Positions 1 through 7,714 of a DNA stretch of 64,000 nt are shown in pieces. Within the stretch, counting starts at the first letter, position 1. Each line of letters begins with the position of its first letter. This DNA is from Clostridia bacterium (GTDB taxonomy: Bacteria; Bacillota; Peptococcia; Peptococcales; BICA1-8). The notes under the pieces were generated by a model. It did no database searches. It saw only the letters and a program-made list of their open reading frames with translations, and was not told where the DNA came from. The stretch covers positions 274 to 64,273 of the forward strand of contig JAAXZE010000068.1 in NCBI GenBank assembly GCA_012720075.1, in the 5' to 3' direction. The translations under genes were made by a program, and so were the position numbers.

Positions 1-1
1 A

Positions 2-112
2 ATCGCAAATTATTTAAAATTACCAGTTGAAGAAATTTTTTTTACGATTACTGTAAACCATGGTGAACAAATACGAACTGCATATACCGAAAAAACCGAA
101 AAGACGGCTTAA
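2..112 (+). CDS. C-terminal fragment of an XRE/Cro-like HTH protein (5' end outside window)
   Basis: Frame is open from the window edge to TAA 110-112 (IANYLKLPVEEIFFTITVNHGEQ...). The ...VEEIF ending is typical of XRE HTH domains. Weak call. Confidence 0.3.
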   Translation: MANYLKLPVEEIFFTITVNHGEQIRTAYTEKTEKTA

Positions 113-124
113 GGGGGTAATACC

Positions 125-448
125 ATGAACCAATCCGAACTTGCCGCACTAAAAGAACAAATAAAAGCGGAGCTTTTGCAGGAAATGAGTAAAGTGCCTA
201 GGCGACAACTACCTAAACCCTGGGATGAAGTAAAAGAATCCTTTTTGCCACGGATAGCCAAAAACAATCCTTATGTCCAGTATCAACTTACAACTGCTAT
301 CTCAACTATAATCCGGTATTCTCTCGGAATTAAAAATGTATCAATGCTCTGCTACTCCCAGGTGGAGCAGGCCAAGGAAATTGCTAGCAAAATACTGGAT
401 GTTGTTGATGCCGCTAACGGCACCGGTTCAACCGGTACTGATGGGTAG
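125..448 (+). CDS. hypothetical phage early protein (ends ...NGTGSTGTDG)
   Basis: 107-aa ORF with RBS aagggggt 6 nt upstream of the ATG. No recognisable family. Confidence 0.6.
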   Translation: MNQSELAALKEQIKAELLQEMSKVPRRQLPKPWDEVKESFLPRIAKNNPYVQYQLTTAISTIIRYSLGIKNVSMLCYSQVEQAKEIASKILDVVDAANGTGSTGTDG

Positions 449-455
449 GGGGTGA
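431..455 (+). repeat. gene-junction cassette type 1, copy 1 (accggtactgatgggtagggggtga)
   Basis: Encodes TGTDG-stop followed by an SD. Near-identical to copies at 918, 1285 and 1991. Confidence 0.8.
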
Positions 456-460
456 TATCG

Positions 461-634
461 ATGACTTTGAAGCAACGCATAGCCGACCTTGAAAAGAGGG
501 TGACTGCCCTTGAGGAGCGAGCTCAAGAGCAGCCAGAGAAAACAGTCCAGTCGGACCACATTGCAAGAAATCTTGCAAGTAGCTTAGAAACAGCATTTAT
601 TGAGGCCTGTAAGGCTATCAAAGCCGAAGGATAA
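461..634 (+). CDS. hypothetical coiled-coil protein
   Basis: ATG at 461 lies 6 nt after GGGGGTGA. The ORF track starts at GTG 452. Heptad-like sequence LKQRIADLEKRVTALEERAQE. Confidence 0.55.
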   Translation: MTLKQRIADLEKRVTALEERAQEQPEKTVQSDHIARNLASSLETAFIEACKAIKAEG

Positions 635-637
635 AGA

Positions 638-844
638 CTAAATATCAATGTTATATTTAGCTAGTTCACTCTTGAGGGCTTCATGATATTTCTCCAGTAA
701 TAGACATGAATAATTCATTAATGCTTTATAGACACGCACTTCACTTTCAAAATCGTTTTGGCTTGGATTTTTAGTAACAACTTCAATGAATTTCTTCAAA
801 TTTTCATCAATAGCAGATACCGACATTTTATTAACATCAATCAT
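638..844 (-). CDS. hypothetical protein, opposite-strand insert
   Basis: 68-aa ORF. AGGAGGTGA RBS (reverse complement of 848-858) precedes the ATG. Confidence 0.6.
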   Translation of the reverse strand: MIDVNKMSVSAIDENLKKFIEVVTKNPSQNDFESEVRVYKALMNYSCLLLEKYHEALKSELAKYNIDI

Positions 845-917
845 AAAAGGTCACCTCCTCTCCATGTAAATTTTACCACACTGGAGAGGACAAGACGAGC
901 AGCCCAGCGCCGGCGCA

Positions 918-942
918 ACCGGCACTGAAGGGTAGGAGGTAG
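918..942 (+). repeat. gene-junction cassette type 1, copy 2 (accggcactgaagggtaggaggtag)
   Basis: Terminates a start-less frame 870-935 (...PSAGATGTEG-stop) directly after the minus-strand insert. Confidence 0.75.
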
Positions 943-957
943 AAAGGAGGGAGAATA

Positions 958-1149
958 TTGGATAAAAAGTTAGAACTTATTCACACAGAAGAAAAGTTTT
1001 CTTTAAAAATAGGTGGCAATGAAATACCGAATGTCAAAGGATATTCCATTACCGCCAGGGCACAAAGTAATGAGGTAGATCTAGAACTAGAAATCTCAAT
1101 TCCTATCGATGAAATTGTTATTGAATCCTGCAGACCTAAATTACAGTAG
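958..1149 (+). CDS. hypothetical protein (TTG start)
   Basis: 63-aa ORF. AAAGGAGGG lies 7 nt upstream of TTG 958. Confidence 0.5.
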   Translation: MDKKLELIHTEEKFSLKIGGNEIPNVKGYSITARAQSNEVDLELEISIPIDEIVIESCRPKLQ

Positions 1150-1284
1150 TCCCAGCAGAATATATAATTTCCTCTTGTGTATAGCCTTCAAGCTGGATTT
1201 CATTCACATAAATATAGGTACTGTTATGATTAAGTTTCAATTAAATCAACTCCTTTTATATGAAACGTTAACGAAGATACGGCC

Positions 1285-1312
1285 ACCGGTACTGATGGGT
1301 AAGGGGAGGTGA
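1285..1312 (+). repeat. gene-junction cassette type 1, copy 3 (accggtactgatgggtaaggggaggtga)
   Basis: Terminates a start-less frame 1264-1302 (NVNEDTATGTDG-stop). Supplies the SD for the ATG at 1318. Confidence 0.75.
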
Positions 1313-1317
1313 TAAAG

Positions 1318-1515
1318 ATGGAGGAAATTTTAAAAGAGATACTGGCAGAGCTGAAAAAATTAAATGAATATGTGGATATTAGAAAAACTCAAGTGGTCTT
1401 AAATACACAAGTTGACCTAAACCGCAAAAGCTCTGCCAGTAAAGAGGAAAATAAGAAGCCTATTTCTTTTCAAGAAGTTTTGAAAGCTTATCGTCAATAC
1501 TTGCAAGAATGGTGA
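1318..1515 (+). CDS. hypothetical protein
   Basis: ATG 1318 follows GGGGAGGTGA. The ORF track starts at GTG 1309. Its 3' end overlaps the convergent gene 1460..1642. Confidence 0.5.
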   Translation: MEEILKEILAELKKLNEYVDIRKTQVVLNTQVDLNRKSSASKEENKKPISFQEVLKAYRQYLQEW

Positions 1516-1642
1516 TTATTTGCTTTTGATATGGTTCACAGAAAAGATGCAGACTATATTTTCCGGTGCGTTCCTTTTCACATTTCCCATAAATAGCATA
1601 TTTAGCACATATTTCATAGTTATCACATTTTTCAGTAGACAC
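1460..1642 (-). CDS. small Cys-rich protein (GTG start)
   Basis: 60 aa, MSTEKCDNYEICAKYAIYGKCEKE...FCEP. AGGGAGGT RBS lies 8 nt upstream. Confidence 0.5.
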   Translation of the reverse strand: MSTEKCDNYEICAKYAIYGKCEKERTGKYSLHLFCEPYQKQIITILASIDDKLSKLLEKK

Positions 1643-1710
1643 GAATTTTTACCTCCCTTCACGACAATGTTTAAACACCTGCTAATTTCGACAAAGGGGA
1701 GGTAAATCCT
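1643..1710 (-). promoter_or_regulatory. conserved leader upstream of minus-strand gene, copy 1 (SD plus upstream anti-SD)
   Basis: The 26-mer atttcgacaaaggggaggtaaatcct (1685-1710) recurs at 2511-2536 with 1 mismatch. ACCTCCCCTT is complementary to the gene's AAGGGAGGT SD. Confidence 0.5.
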
Positions 1711-1792
1711 GTCAAAACGGGAGAAAGGTAACCAGCACAGACAAAGATAAAGAACTGCCTAGGACGGGCACGGAGTAAAGGGGGATCATCCT

Positions 1793-2008
1793 ATGCCCAG
1801 ACTAATGCGTTTTCGCTACAACCGAAAAGCTGCCGAAGATGCCTGCCGCAAAGGCTTGCCTTTGCCGGCACCGGAGAGCGTAGAGGACTTGGGTGTCGCG
1901 GAATACGATGAGGGAGCTTTGATGCAGGTGGCAAGGATTTTCTATCAGAGGATGAAAGCTAGTGAAAAACAAGGTACTCCTAGTGAAGCAACTGGAACTG
2001 AGGGATAG
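1793..2008 (+). CDS. hypothetical protein (ends ...SEATGTEG)
   Basis: 71-aa ORF with RBS aaaggggga upstream. Confidence 0.6.
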   Translation: MPRLMRFRYNRKAAEDACRKGLPLPAPESVEDLGVAEYDEGALMQVARIFYQRMKASEKQGTPSEATGTEG

Positions 2009-2017
2009 GGGGTGAGG
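1991..2017 (+). repeat. gene-junction cassette type 1, copy 4 (actggaactgagggatagggggtgagg)
   Basis: Encodes TGTEG-stop plus the SD for the ATG at 2020. Confidence 0.75.
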
Positions 2018-2019
2018 AA

Positions 2020-2205
2020 ATGAAAGAGTTGGAAGAGATGAATTTTAGCGATTCATTTAAAAGTTTAATAAGAGAAAGAAGGCTTGATGATATATGCAAT
2101 AGTATTTGCCAAGTTTTAAAAGAAAATGAACTCACATATCAACAAGCCATAGAGATTTTTGAATACTTGAAAGTCAAACTCAAATATGTTGCAAAAATCA
2201 CTTAA
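2020..2205 (+). CDS. hypothetical protein
   Basis: 61-aa ORF. GGGGGTGAGG lies 3-4 nt upstream of the ATG. Confidence 0.55.
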   Translation: MKELEEMNFSDSFKSLIRERRLDDICNSICQVLKENELTYQQAIEIFEYLKVKLKYVAKIT

Positions 2206-2467
2206 GGCCATGTTCTTTGAAAATTGACCATTCTTTTACAGAAAGTTTAAAACCAGTTTCTTCTGCAAGTAAAGAATGGTTTTCAACTGTTTCTTCAGGA
2301 ACTTCATATAGGTTAGTCATGCCAACTTTGAGTTTTTCAAATAGATCCTGTGGGAACGGTTGTTTACAATTCGGACATTCGAGTTTTTGGTGTTCCTTTA
2401 TATATGAACCGAGTAATTCAAATGAACAATGACAAATATTGCACTTTATACAGACTTTAAATTCCAA
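2198..2467 (-). CDS. zinc-ribbon-like small protein
   Basis: CIKCNICHC...ECPNCKQ gives two CxxC pairs. TTG 2467 lies 8 nt after GGGAGG. The track start, GTG 2476, abuts the SD. Confidence 0.55.
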   Translation of the reverse strand: MEFKVCIKCNICHCSFELLGSYIKEHQKLECPNCKQPFPQDLFEKLKVGMTNLYEVPEETVENHSLLAEETGFKLSVKEWSIFKEHGLK

Positions 2468-2536
2468 ATTGGCCACCTCCCTTCATGAAATAGTAGCTTC
2501 GATACCTGATATTTCTACAAAGGGGAGGTAAATCCT
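2468..2536 (-). promoter_or_regulatory. conserved leader upstream of minus-strand gene, copy 2
   Basis: Same architecture as 1643-1710: SD, a ~35-nt semi-conserved spacer, then the 26-mer containing the anti-SD. Confidence 0.5.
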
Positions 2537-2849
2537 ACCATAGCGGAATAGGAGTTAAGGAAATGTAAAAGAAAAAAGCAATATTTCCTTGCACGGAAGA
2601 AAAGATAAAAATAAATGCTGAATGTTCAAACTAAAACTTTAGGCAAGACCCCGACACTAAGGCCGGGGCAAAGGAGAGGGGTGGACAAGCTGGTTAGATT
2701 TTTGCGATGGTTCCAGGCATTTCTCCAGGAGAGGAAACGGAAAAAACGTTGGGGGATCCTGTTGAGGAGTGGAAGAGGGATCCGATAGAAGGTATTTGGC
2801 GTCCGATATTATCTTATCTTTATTTTAGAGTAAAAGGGGGTGAATGAGA

Positions 2850-3398
2850 ATGTATAGGGGTGCAAGAGAAGCAGCAGGATTGAGCAGAGATGAGGCAGCT
2901 TTTAGGCTCTTTCTTGGCACAAGGACGCTTGCTTATTATGAGGCCGGGAAACGAACTCCAGGACCAGATGTAGTAATGAAAATGGCTCATGTTTATAATC
3001 GGCCAGATTTGACGGTCAGATACTGCAGGATGTCATGCCCGATTGGACAAGCATACAGCTACGAAATGCTGAACAACATTGATATGAGTTTGCCGGCGGT
3101 AATTTTGAAGCTAATAAGTGAGTTAAGAGAGGCAATGGACGCAGCTAGTGTGCTATTGGAGCTGATAGTAAACAAACGGAGTAAAGATGATTTTACATCG
3201 GAAGAATGGGAAAGGTTCTTGGACACTGTACACGAGTTTATTGACGTGGAACACAATGTAGAAATTTTGAAACTTGCATTAGAGACTCTCACAGAAGATG
3301 CTTTGATACCAAAATTAGTTGCCAGACACAATCAGAAATGTAGAGAAAGAGGGTATATAAAAAAAGAAAAAGCCCCTGCATTAGCAGTGGCTAGGTAA
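2850..3398 (+). CDS. XRE-family HTH transcriptional regulator with C-terminal helical domain
   Basis: AREAAGLSRDEAAFRLFLGTRTLAYYEAGKRTPGPDVVMKMAHVY is a classic HTH_3 pattern. ATG 2850 is better spaced from GGGGGTG than ATG 2844. Confidence 0.75.
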   Translation: MYRGAREAAGLSRDEAAFRLFLGTRTLAYYEAGKRTPGPDVVMKMAHVYNRPDLTVRYCRMSCPIGQAYSYEMLNNIDMSLPAVILKLISELREAMDAASVLLELIVNKRSKDDFTSEEWERFLDTVHEFIDVEHNVEILKLALETLTEDALIPKLVARHNQKCRERGYIKKEKAPALAVAR

Positions 3399-3472
3399 AA
3401 AATATATTTCGCTACTTCAATTATAACTAATTCGAAAGCCTTACACAAGAGTAAAAAGAAAGGGGAATGGCC

Positions 3473-3580
3473 ATGAAAGTTCAGATGCCAGCCAAACGGA
3501 AAATAATAGCCTTTTTCGTGGGTAAAAATAGAGAATTCAAACGTTATCTGAAACAGATGACTTTTCGGAATCTTCATTAA
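3473..3580 (+). CDS. possible 35-aa basic peptide
   Basis: MKVQMPAKRKIIAFFVGKNREFKRYLKQMTFRNLH, with aaaggggaa RBS. Below the ORF-track cut-off. Confidence 0.25.
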   Translation: MKVQMPAKRKIIAFFVGKNREFKRYLKQMTFRNLH

Positions 3581-3606
3581 TTCATTAAAGAGGGAGTATA
3601 AGATCC

Positions 3607-3867
3607 ATGAAAAATCACTTGTTTAATGTTGATGATCCGGCAGGAACGTGTATGCAGCATGGTGGCATGGGCGATTGTACCAAGTGGCCAGACTTGTTTC
3701 CTAGTCCATGCTGCTGGCTTTCTTGCAGTGAGCTTTGCGGGGCGGCGTGCTACCGTCCATTCGTTGGGCACGGCCAAAACTGCCCGGATTATGGAGGTGA
3801 GCGAAATGACGGCACAGGTATTAGTGAGCACTCTCGATATGGAGAGAAGCGAGTGGTTGGAATATAG
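3607..3867 (+). CDS. possible Cys-rich 86-aa protein
   Basis: RBS agagggag upstream. Lies in a GC-rich patch that is open in three frames and overlaps the yqaJ start. Uncertain. Confidence 0.25.
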   Translation: MKNHLFNVDDPAGTCMQHGGMGDCTKWPDLFPSPCCWLSCSELCGAACYRPFVGHGQNCPDYGGERNDGTGISEHSRYGEKRVVGI

Positions 3868-4735
3868 AAAACGCGGCATCGGTGGCAGTGATGCTGCCGC
3901 TATTGCCGGTCTTTCTCCATGGAAATCACCCATAGCTGTATGGCTAGAGAAGACCAGTCAAGTTGAACCGGAAGAGCCAGGAGAAGCGGCTTACTGGGGG
4001 AAGGTGCTGGAGGATATTGTGGCGCAGGAGTTCGCCAAGCGGACCGGTTTCAAAGTCCGCCGGCGGAATGCGATTCTTCAACACCATGAGTATCCGTGGA
4101 TGATAGCCAACGTGGATAGGCTAGTAGTTGGCGATAACGCTGGCTTAGAATGCAAGACTACCAGTGCATTCAACGCTAAAGAATGGGAACAAGACGAAGT
4201 ACCGGCGCAGTATTTAGTTCAAGTCCAGCACTATATGGCAGTTACCGGTTACTCTGCTTGGTGGCTTGCGGTCCTAATCGGTGGCAATACATTTATCTAT
4301 AAGAAAATTGAACGGGATAATGAACTTATCCAGCAACTTATCGAGATTGAAAAAGACTTCTGGGAAAATCATGTTCTAGCCGGTGTTCCGCCGGAAATGG
4401 ACGGTTCCACGGCATCTACTGAACTCTTGCAACGTATGTATCCAGAAGGAAAACCAGCCGCAATAGATCTCCCTAGTGACGCAGGTGAATTGATAGAAAC
4501 CCTGGATTTTTTGAATGAGGAACTAAAAGCACTCGAAGAACGAAAAGCAGAATGTGAGAACCGGTTGAAAGCAATGTTGGGCGAGAATGAGGCAGGCCGG
4601 TTCGGTGAACGACTTGTTACATGGAAGAATATTGTGAGTAATCGATTTGACAGCAAAACTTTCGCTAAAGATTATCCAGAGCTATATGAGAAATACTTGA
4701 AAACATCTAAATACCGGAAATTTGCAGTGAAATAG
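3806..4735 (+). CDS. YqaJ-like viral recombinase-domain exonuclease
   Basis: RSEWLEYRKRGIGGSDAAAIAGLSPWKSP...LECKT is the YqaJ/lambda-Exo-type pattern. ATG 3806 follows GGAGGTGA. The track's 3626 start looks like an over-extension. Confidence 0.85.
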   Translation: MTAQVLVSTLDMERSEWLEYRKRGIGGSDAAAIAGLSPWKSPIAVWLEKTSQVEPEEPGEAAYWGKVLEDIVAQEFAKRTGFKVRRRNAILQHHEYPWMIANVDRLVVGDNAGLECKTTSAFNAKEWEQDEVPAQYLVQVQHYMAVTGYSAWWLAVLIGGNTFIYKKIERDNELIQQLIEIEKDFWENHVLAGVPPEMDGSTASTELLQRMYPEGKPAAIDLPSDAGELIETLDFLNEELKALEERKAECENRLKAMLGENEAGRFGERLVTWKNIVSNRFDSKTFAKDYPELYEKYLKTSKYRKFAVK

Positions 4736-4746
4736 GAGGGATGAAA

Positions 4747-5547
4747 ATGGCAACTAATGAAAGCCTGAAAAACCAATTGGCTCAGCGGAAAAACGGGGGT
4801 GTATCCCCGATAAGTGGGATAAAAGCGCTACTGAATTCGGATTCAGTCAAGAAGCGTTTTGAGGAAATTTTAGAAAAGCGCGCGCCACAATATATGTCAT
4901 CCATTATTAACCTCGTTAACTCGGATACCAACCTCCAAAAGTGTGACCCGATGTCTGTTATCTCGGCTGCGATGGTAGCCGCGACGTTAGATCTGCCGGT
5001 AGACAAAAACTTAGGCTATGCATGGGTTGTGCCTTACGGAAACAAGGCACAGTTCCAGCTTGGTTATAAAGGGTACGTACAGTTAGCCCTCAGAACAGGT
5101 AAGTATCGTTCTATCAACGCAATACCGATCAGGGAAGGCGAGCTGGTGAAGTGGAACCCACTCACGGAAGAATTGGAAGTTGACTTTGAACAGCGTAAAT
5201 CTGACGCAATCATCGGTTATGCTGGATACTTTGAGTTGGTGAATGGGTTCCGCAAAACCGTGTACTGGTCAAAAGAGGAAATTGAGGCCCATAGGAAGCG
5301 GTTTTCTAAGTCTGATTTTGGATGGAAGAACGATTATGATGCAATGGCCTTGAAAACGGTTATTCGGAACATGCTGAGTAAATGGGGCATTCTCTCAATC
5401 GAGATGCAAGAGGCGTATGTAAAAGACATTGAACAAGACGAAGTTCAAGAAAAGCCAAATGATGAGCAATACATTGATGCTGAATATGTTTTCGAGGATG
5501 AGGACGAAGAAAAAGATACTGAACCAGTACAACAGACACTAGTTTAA
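4747..5547 (+). CDS. recT: RecT-family single-strand annealing protein
   Basis: LGYAWVVPYGNKAQFQLGYKGYVQLALRTGKY is RecT-like. Sits directly after the YqaJ-type exonuclease. Confidence 0.9.
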   Translation: MATNESLKNQLAQRKNGGVSPISGIKALLNSDSVKKRFEEILEKRAPQYMSSIINLVNSDTNLQKCDPMSVISAAMVAATLDLPVDKNLGYAWVVPYGNKAQFQLGYKGYVQLALRTGKYRSINAIPIREGELVKWNPLTEELEVDFEQRKSDAIIGYAGYFELVNGFRKTVYWSKEEIEAHRKRFSKSDFGWKNDYDAMALKTVIRNMLSKWGILSIEMQEAYVKDIEQDEVQEKPNDEQYIDAEYVFEDEDEEKDTEPVQQTLV

Positions 5548-5666
5548 TTTTGGTTTCCCCGCCCCGGCAATGTATGATGTCCCCGGCGCTGGGGTGGGGG
5601 GATTATTGTAAAAGGGGTTTAGAAATATGGATAACAATTCAGCGAGGAGTATAGGGAGGGAGTATT

Positions 5667-6662
5667 GTGAGACGGAGAATGCTTAGTCCGGAATTTTTTA
5701 CAGATGCAGACATAATCGCAAACTTCGATGCCTTTGGGCGGCTATTTTATCAGGGTTTGTGGTGTATTGCAGAAGACAGCGGATGCTTTGAGATCAATCC
5801 ACTAGGGCTTAAAATGAAGATCTTTCCCGGAGATAATATTCCACTAGAACAGCTGCAGCAATACATAGAAAAGCTAATCGAATTAAACAAAGTAGTCCCC
5901 TATGAAGCTAATGGTCGCCAATATGGTTGGCTCAAGAACTTCCACAAACATCAAAGACTGGACAAGCCGTCTCCGCCAACCGTTCCTTTGCCGCCCTGGG
6001 TGAAATTCCACGGCGAAGAAGAGTTCGGGAACCAGCGACACAAATGGTACTACGAGATAATAGAACCCGTCGGGGATAATTCGGGGACATGTCGGGGAAA
6101 TGTCGTGGACGAGACCACGCCAGAAGTAAATAGAAGAGAAGAGAAAAGAAGTGAAGGGGAAAGGAATAGAAAAGATAGTCCGAACCCTCCGGGTCCGGAC
6201 GCTTCGCAGGAGCCCCAGGTGTCTCTTGATAACAACAAGAATGAGCCTAAATACACAGAAGATAGCCCACCTTACCGAGCAGCAATATATCTGCGTAATC
6301 GAATACTTGAAAATAACCCACGGGCCAGAGTACCAAACGATGACCCAGGAGACCCTCTTTTGCAAAAATGGGCCCAAGAAATGGACAGGCTTGGCCGGAT
6401 TGGTCCGCCTGGAGGAACCCGGGGTTACAGTTGGCAGGAAATCCGGGATCTGATTGACTTTTCCCAAGATGATGAGTTTTGGCGTGCAAATATCCTTTCA
6501 GCCGGGAAACTACGGGAGAAGTGTGTCCAATTGGAGAACCAAATGCGACGATGTTCTTCCAAAACTAGGGGAGATCCGACCATCCCAACCATGTCCAAGA
6601 ACGTGGCCAATGCTCTTCGCTTGGTTGAAAAATATAATCAGGAAGAGGGTGGTTATCTATGA
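5667..6662 (+). CDS. putative phage replication initiator / replisome organizer
   Basis: Call is by position, upstream of the G39P-like loader. N-terminal domain is followed by a charged low-complexity linker. Family not firmly recognised. Confidence 0.4.
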   Translation: MRRRMLSPEFFTDADIIANFDAFGRLFYQGLWCIAEDSGCFEINPLGLKMKIFPGDNIPLEQLQQYIEKLIELNKVVPYEANGRQYGWLKNFHKHQRLDKPSPPTVPLPPWVKFHGEEEFGNQRHKWYYEIIEPVGDNSGTCRGNVVDETTPEVNRREEKRSEGERNRKDSPNPPGPDASQEPQVSLDNNKNEPKYTEDSPPYRAAIYLRNRILENNPRARVPNDDPGDPLLQKWAQEMDRLGRIGPPGGTRGYSWQEIRDLIDFSQDDEFWRANILSAGKLREKCVQLENQMRRCSSKTRGDPTIPTMSKNVANALRLVEKYNQEEGGYL

Positions 6663-7186
6663 CCAAGGGTGAAGTAGCTAAACTTTTGGCAGTGCTAGCT
6701 GCTGCTTATCCAAAGTTTGAAGTGGACGATGTAAAAGTCCAGGTTTGGCACGAGATGCTTGGAGACCTGGGTTATGATGTTGCAAATATAGCAATAAAAA
6801 AACTAATCATGCAAAACACATTTCCACCGGCAATAGCTGAAGTGCGGAAAGCGGCCATTGAAATATCTTCTCCGAGGGGTTTAACGGCGGCTGAAGCATG
6901 GGGGGAAGTAGTTAAGGCTATCAGGAACTACGGCTATTACCGTGGAGAAGAGGCTTTAGCCAGCTTGTCACCAACTACCGCCCAGATAGTTCGTTATATA
7001 GGCTGGCGAGAGATTTGCTGGAATGAAGAACCGGAAATTTTACGTGCACATTTCCTGCGGATGTACGACCAGATTATTGCTAGGGAACAAGAAAAGCAAC
7101 TTTTACCTCCGGCAATGCAGGCTGAGATTAAAAAACTTGCAGATAAATTTGACCTTCGTATGATAGAAGGGGGCAAAGCCGGATGA
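6659..7186 (+). CDS. G39P-like helicase loader/inhibitor family protein
   Basis: VAKLLAVLAAAYPKFEVDD..VQVWHEMLGDLGYDVANIAIKKLI resembles the SPP1 G39P N-terminal domain. ATGA overlap with the upstream gene. Confidence 0.6.
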   Translation: MTKGEVAKLLAVLAAAYPKFEVDDVKVQVWHEMLGDLGYDVANIAIKKLIMQNTFPPAIAEVRKAAIEISSPRGLTAAEAWGEVVKAIRNYGYYRGEEALASLSPTTAQIVRYIGWREICWNEEPEILRAHFLRMYDQIIAREQEKQLLPPAMQAEIKKLADKFDLRMIEGGKAG

Positions 7187-7404
7187 TAAACAAGCGATAC
7201 CATGTCAGTAGCATATTTAGTTTGGCGGTCGAAGGCAGGGATAATCTGGAGGCCAAAGAAACTGCAGCAAGGATACTTCGATGCAGTGGGATAGATGGAA
7301 GTGTAGTTGAAGTCTGTGAGGTGAACAAAGTTGAACAAACTGATACACAAAATCACTATCCCGGGACGTCCGGTCCCAAAAGGCAGGCCACGGCTAGGAG
7401 CTAG
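7183..7404 (+). CDS. hypothetical small protein
   Basis: ATGA-coupled to the previous gene. Overlaps the rusA start by ~74 nt. Confidence 0.35.
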   Translation: MINKRYHVSSIFSLAVEGRDNLEAKETAARILRCSGIDGSVVEVCEVNKVEQTDTQNHYPGTSGPKRQATARS

Positions 7405-7699
7405 AGGGAGAAAAGCTTATGTATACACACCGCCACAAACTGTAGAGTATGAAAGAATGGTCGGATTGGTAGCGAAGGCTACCGGATGTAAGCCAACATA
7501 CGGCCCGGTGTTTGTAGCTCTTGATATATACACCCGCCGTAAAATGGACCTGGATAATGTAGCCAAAAGCATACTTGATGGGCTTAACGGCATCGCATAT
7601 GTGGACGATGATCAGGTGGTGGAGCTCCTGGTTCGGAAACACATGGTTAAAAATACGACCGAGGAACGGGTGGAAATCGAGATAAGAGAAGCTGGATAA
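7331..7699 (+). CDS. rusA: RusA-family Holliday junction resolvase
   Basis: ITIPGRPVPKGRPR...DLDNVAKSILDGLNGIAYVDDDQVVEL matches RusA. TTG start lies 7 nt after GAGGTGA. Confidence 0.85.
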   Translation: MNKLIHKITIPGRPVPKGRPRLGARGRKAYVYTPPQTVEYERMVGLVAKATGCKPTYGPVFVALDIYTRRKMDLDNVAKSILDGLNGIAYVDDDQVVELLVRKHMVKNTTEERVEIEIREAG

Positions 7700-7714
7700 A
7701 AAAGAGGTGGTTCC

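Noticed and set aside
1109-1312. 67-aa plus-strand track ORF spanning 1109-1312. I also considered a 20-aa hydrophobic minus-strand peptide (MKSSLKAIHKRKLYILLGLL) as a type I toxin.
   Set aside because: The plus-strand ORF has no RBS and merely reads through the junction cassette in another frame. The minus-strand peptide has only a distant RBS and no supporting antisense RNA features visible by eye.
5883-6467. 194-aa minus-strand ORF, plus several 60-100-aa ORFs on both strands, inside the replication-initiator gene.
   Set aside because: They are antisense or out of frame relative to a better-supported gene. They have no RBS and low-complexity composition driven by the purine-rich tract of the sense strand.
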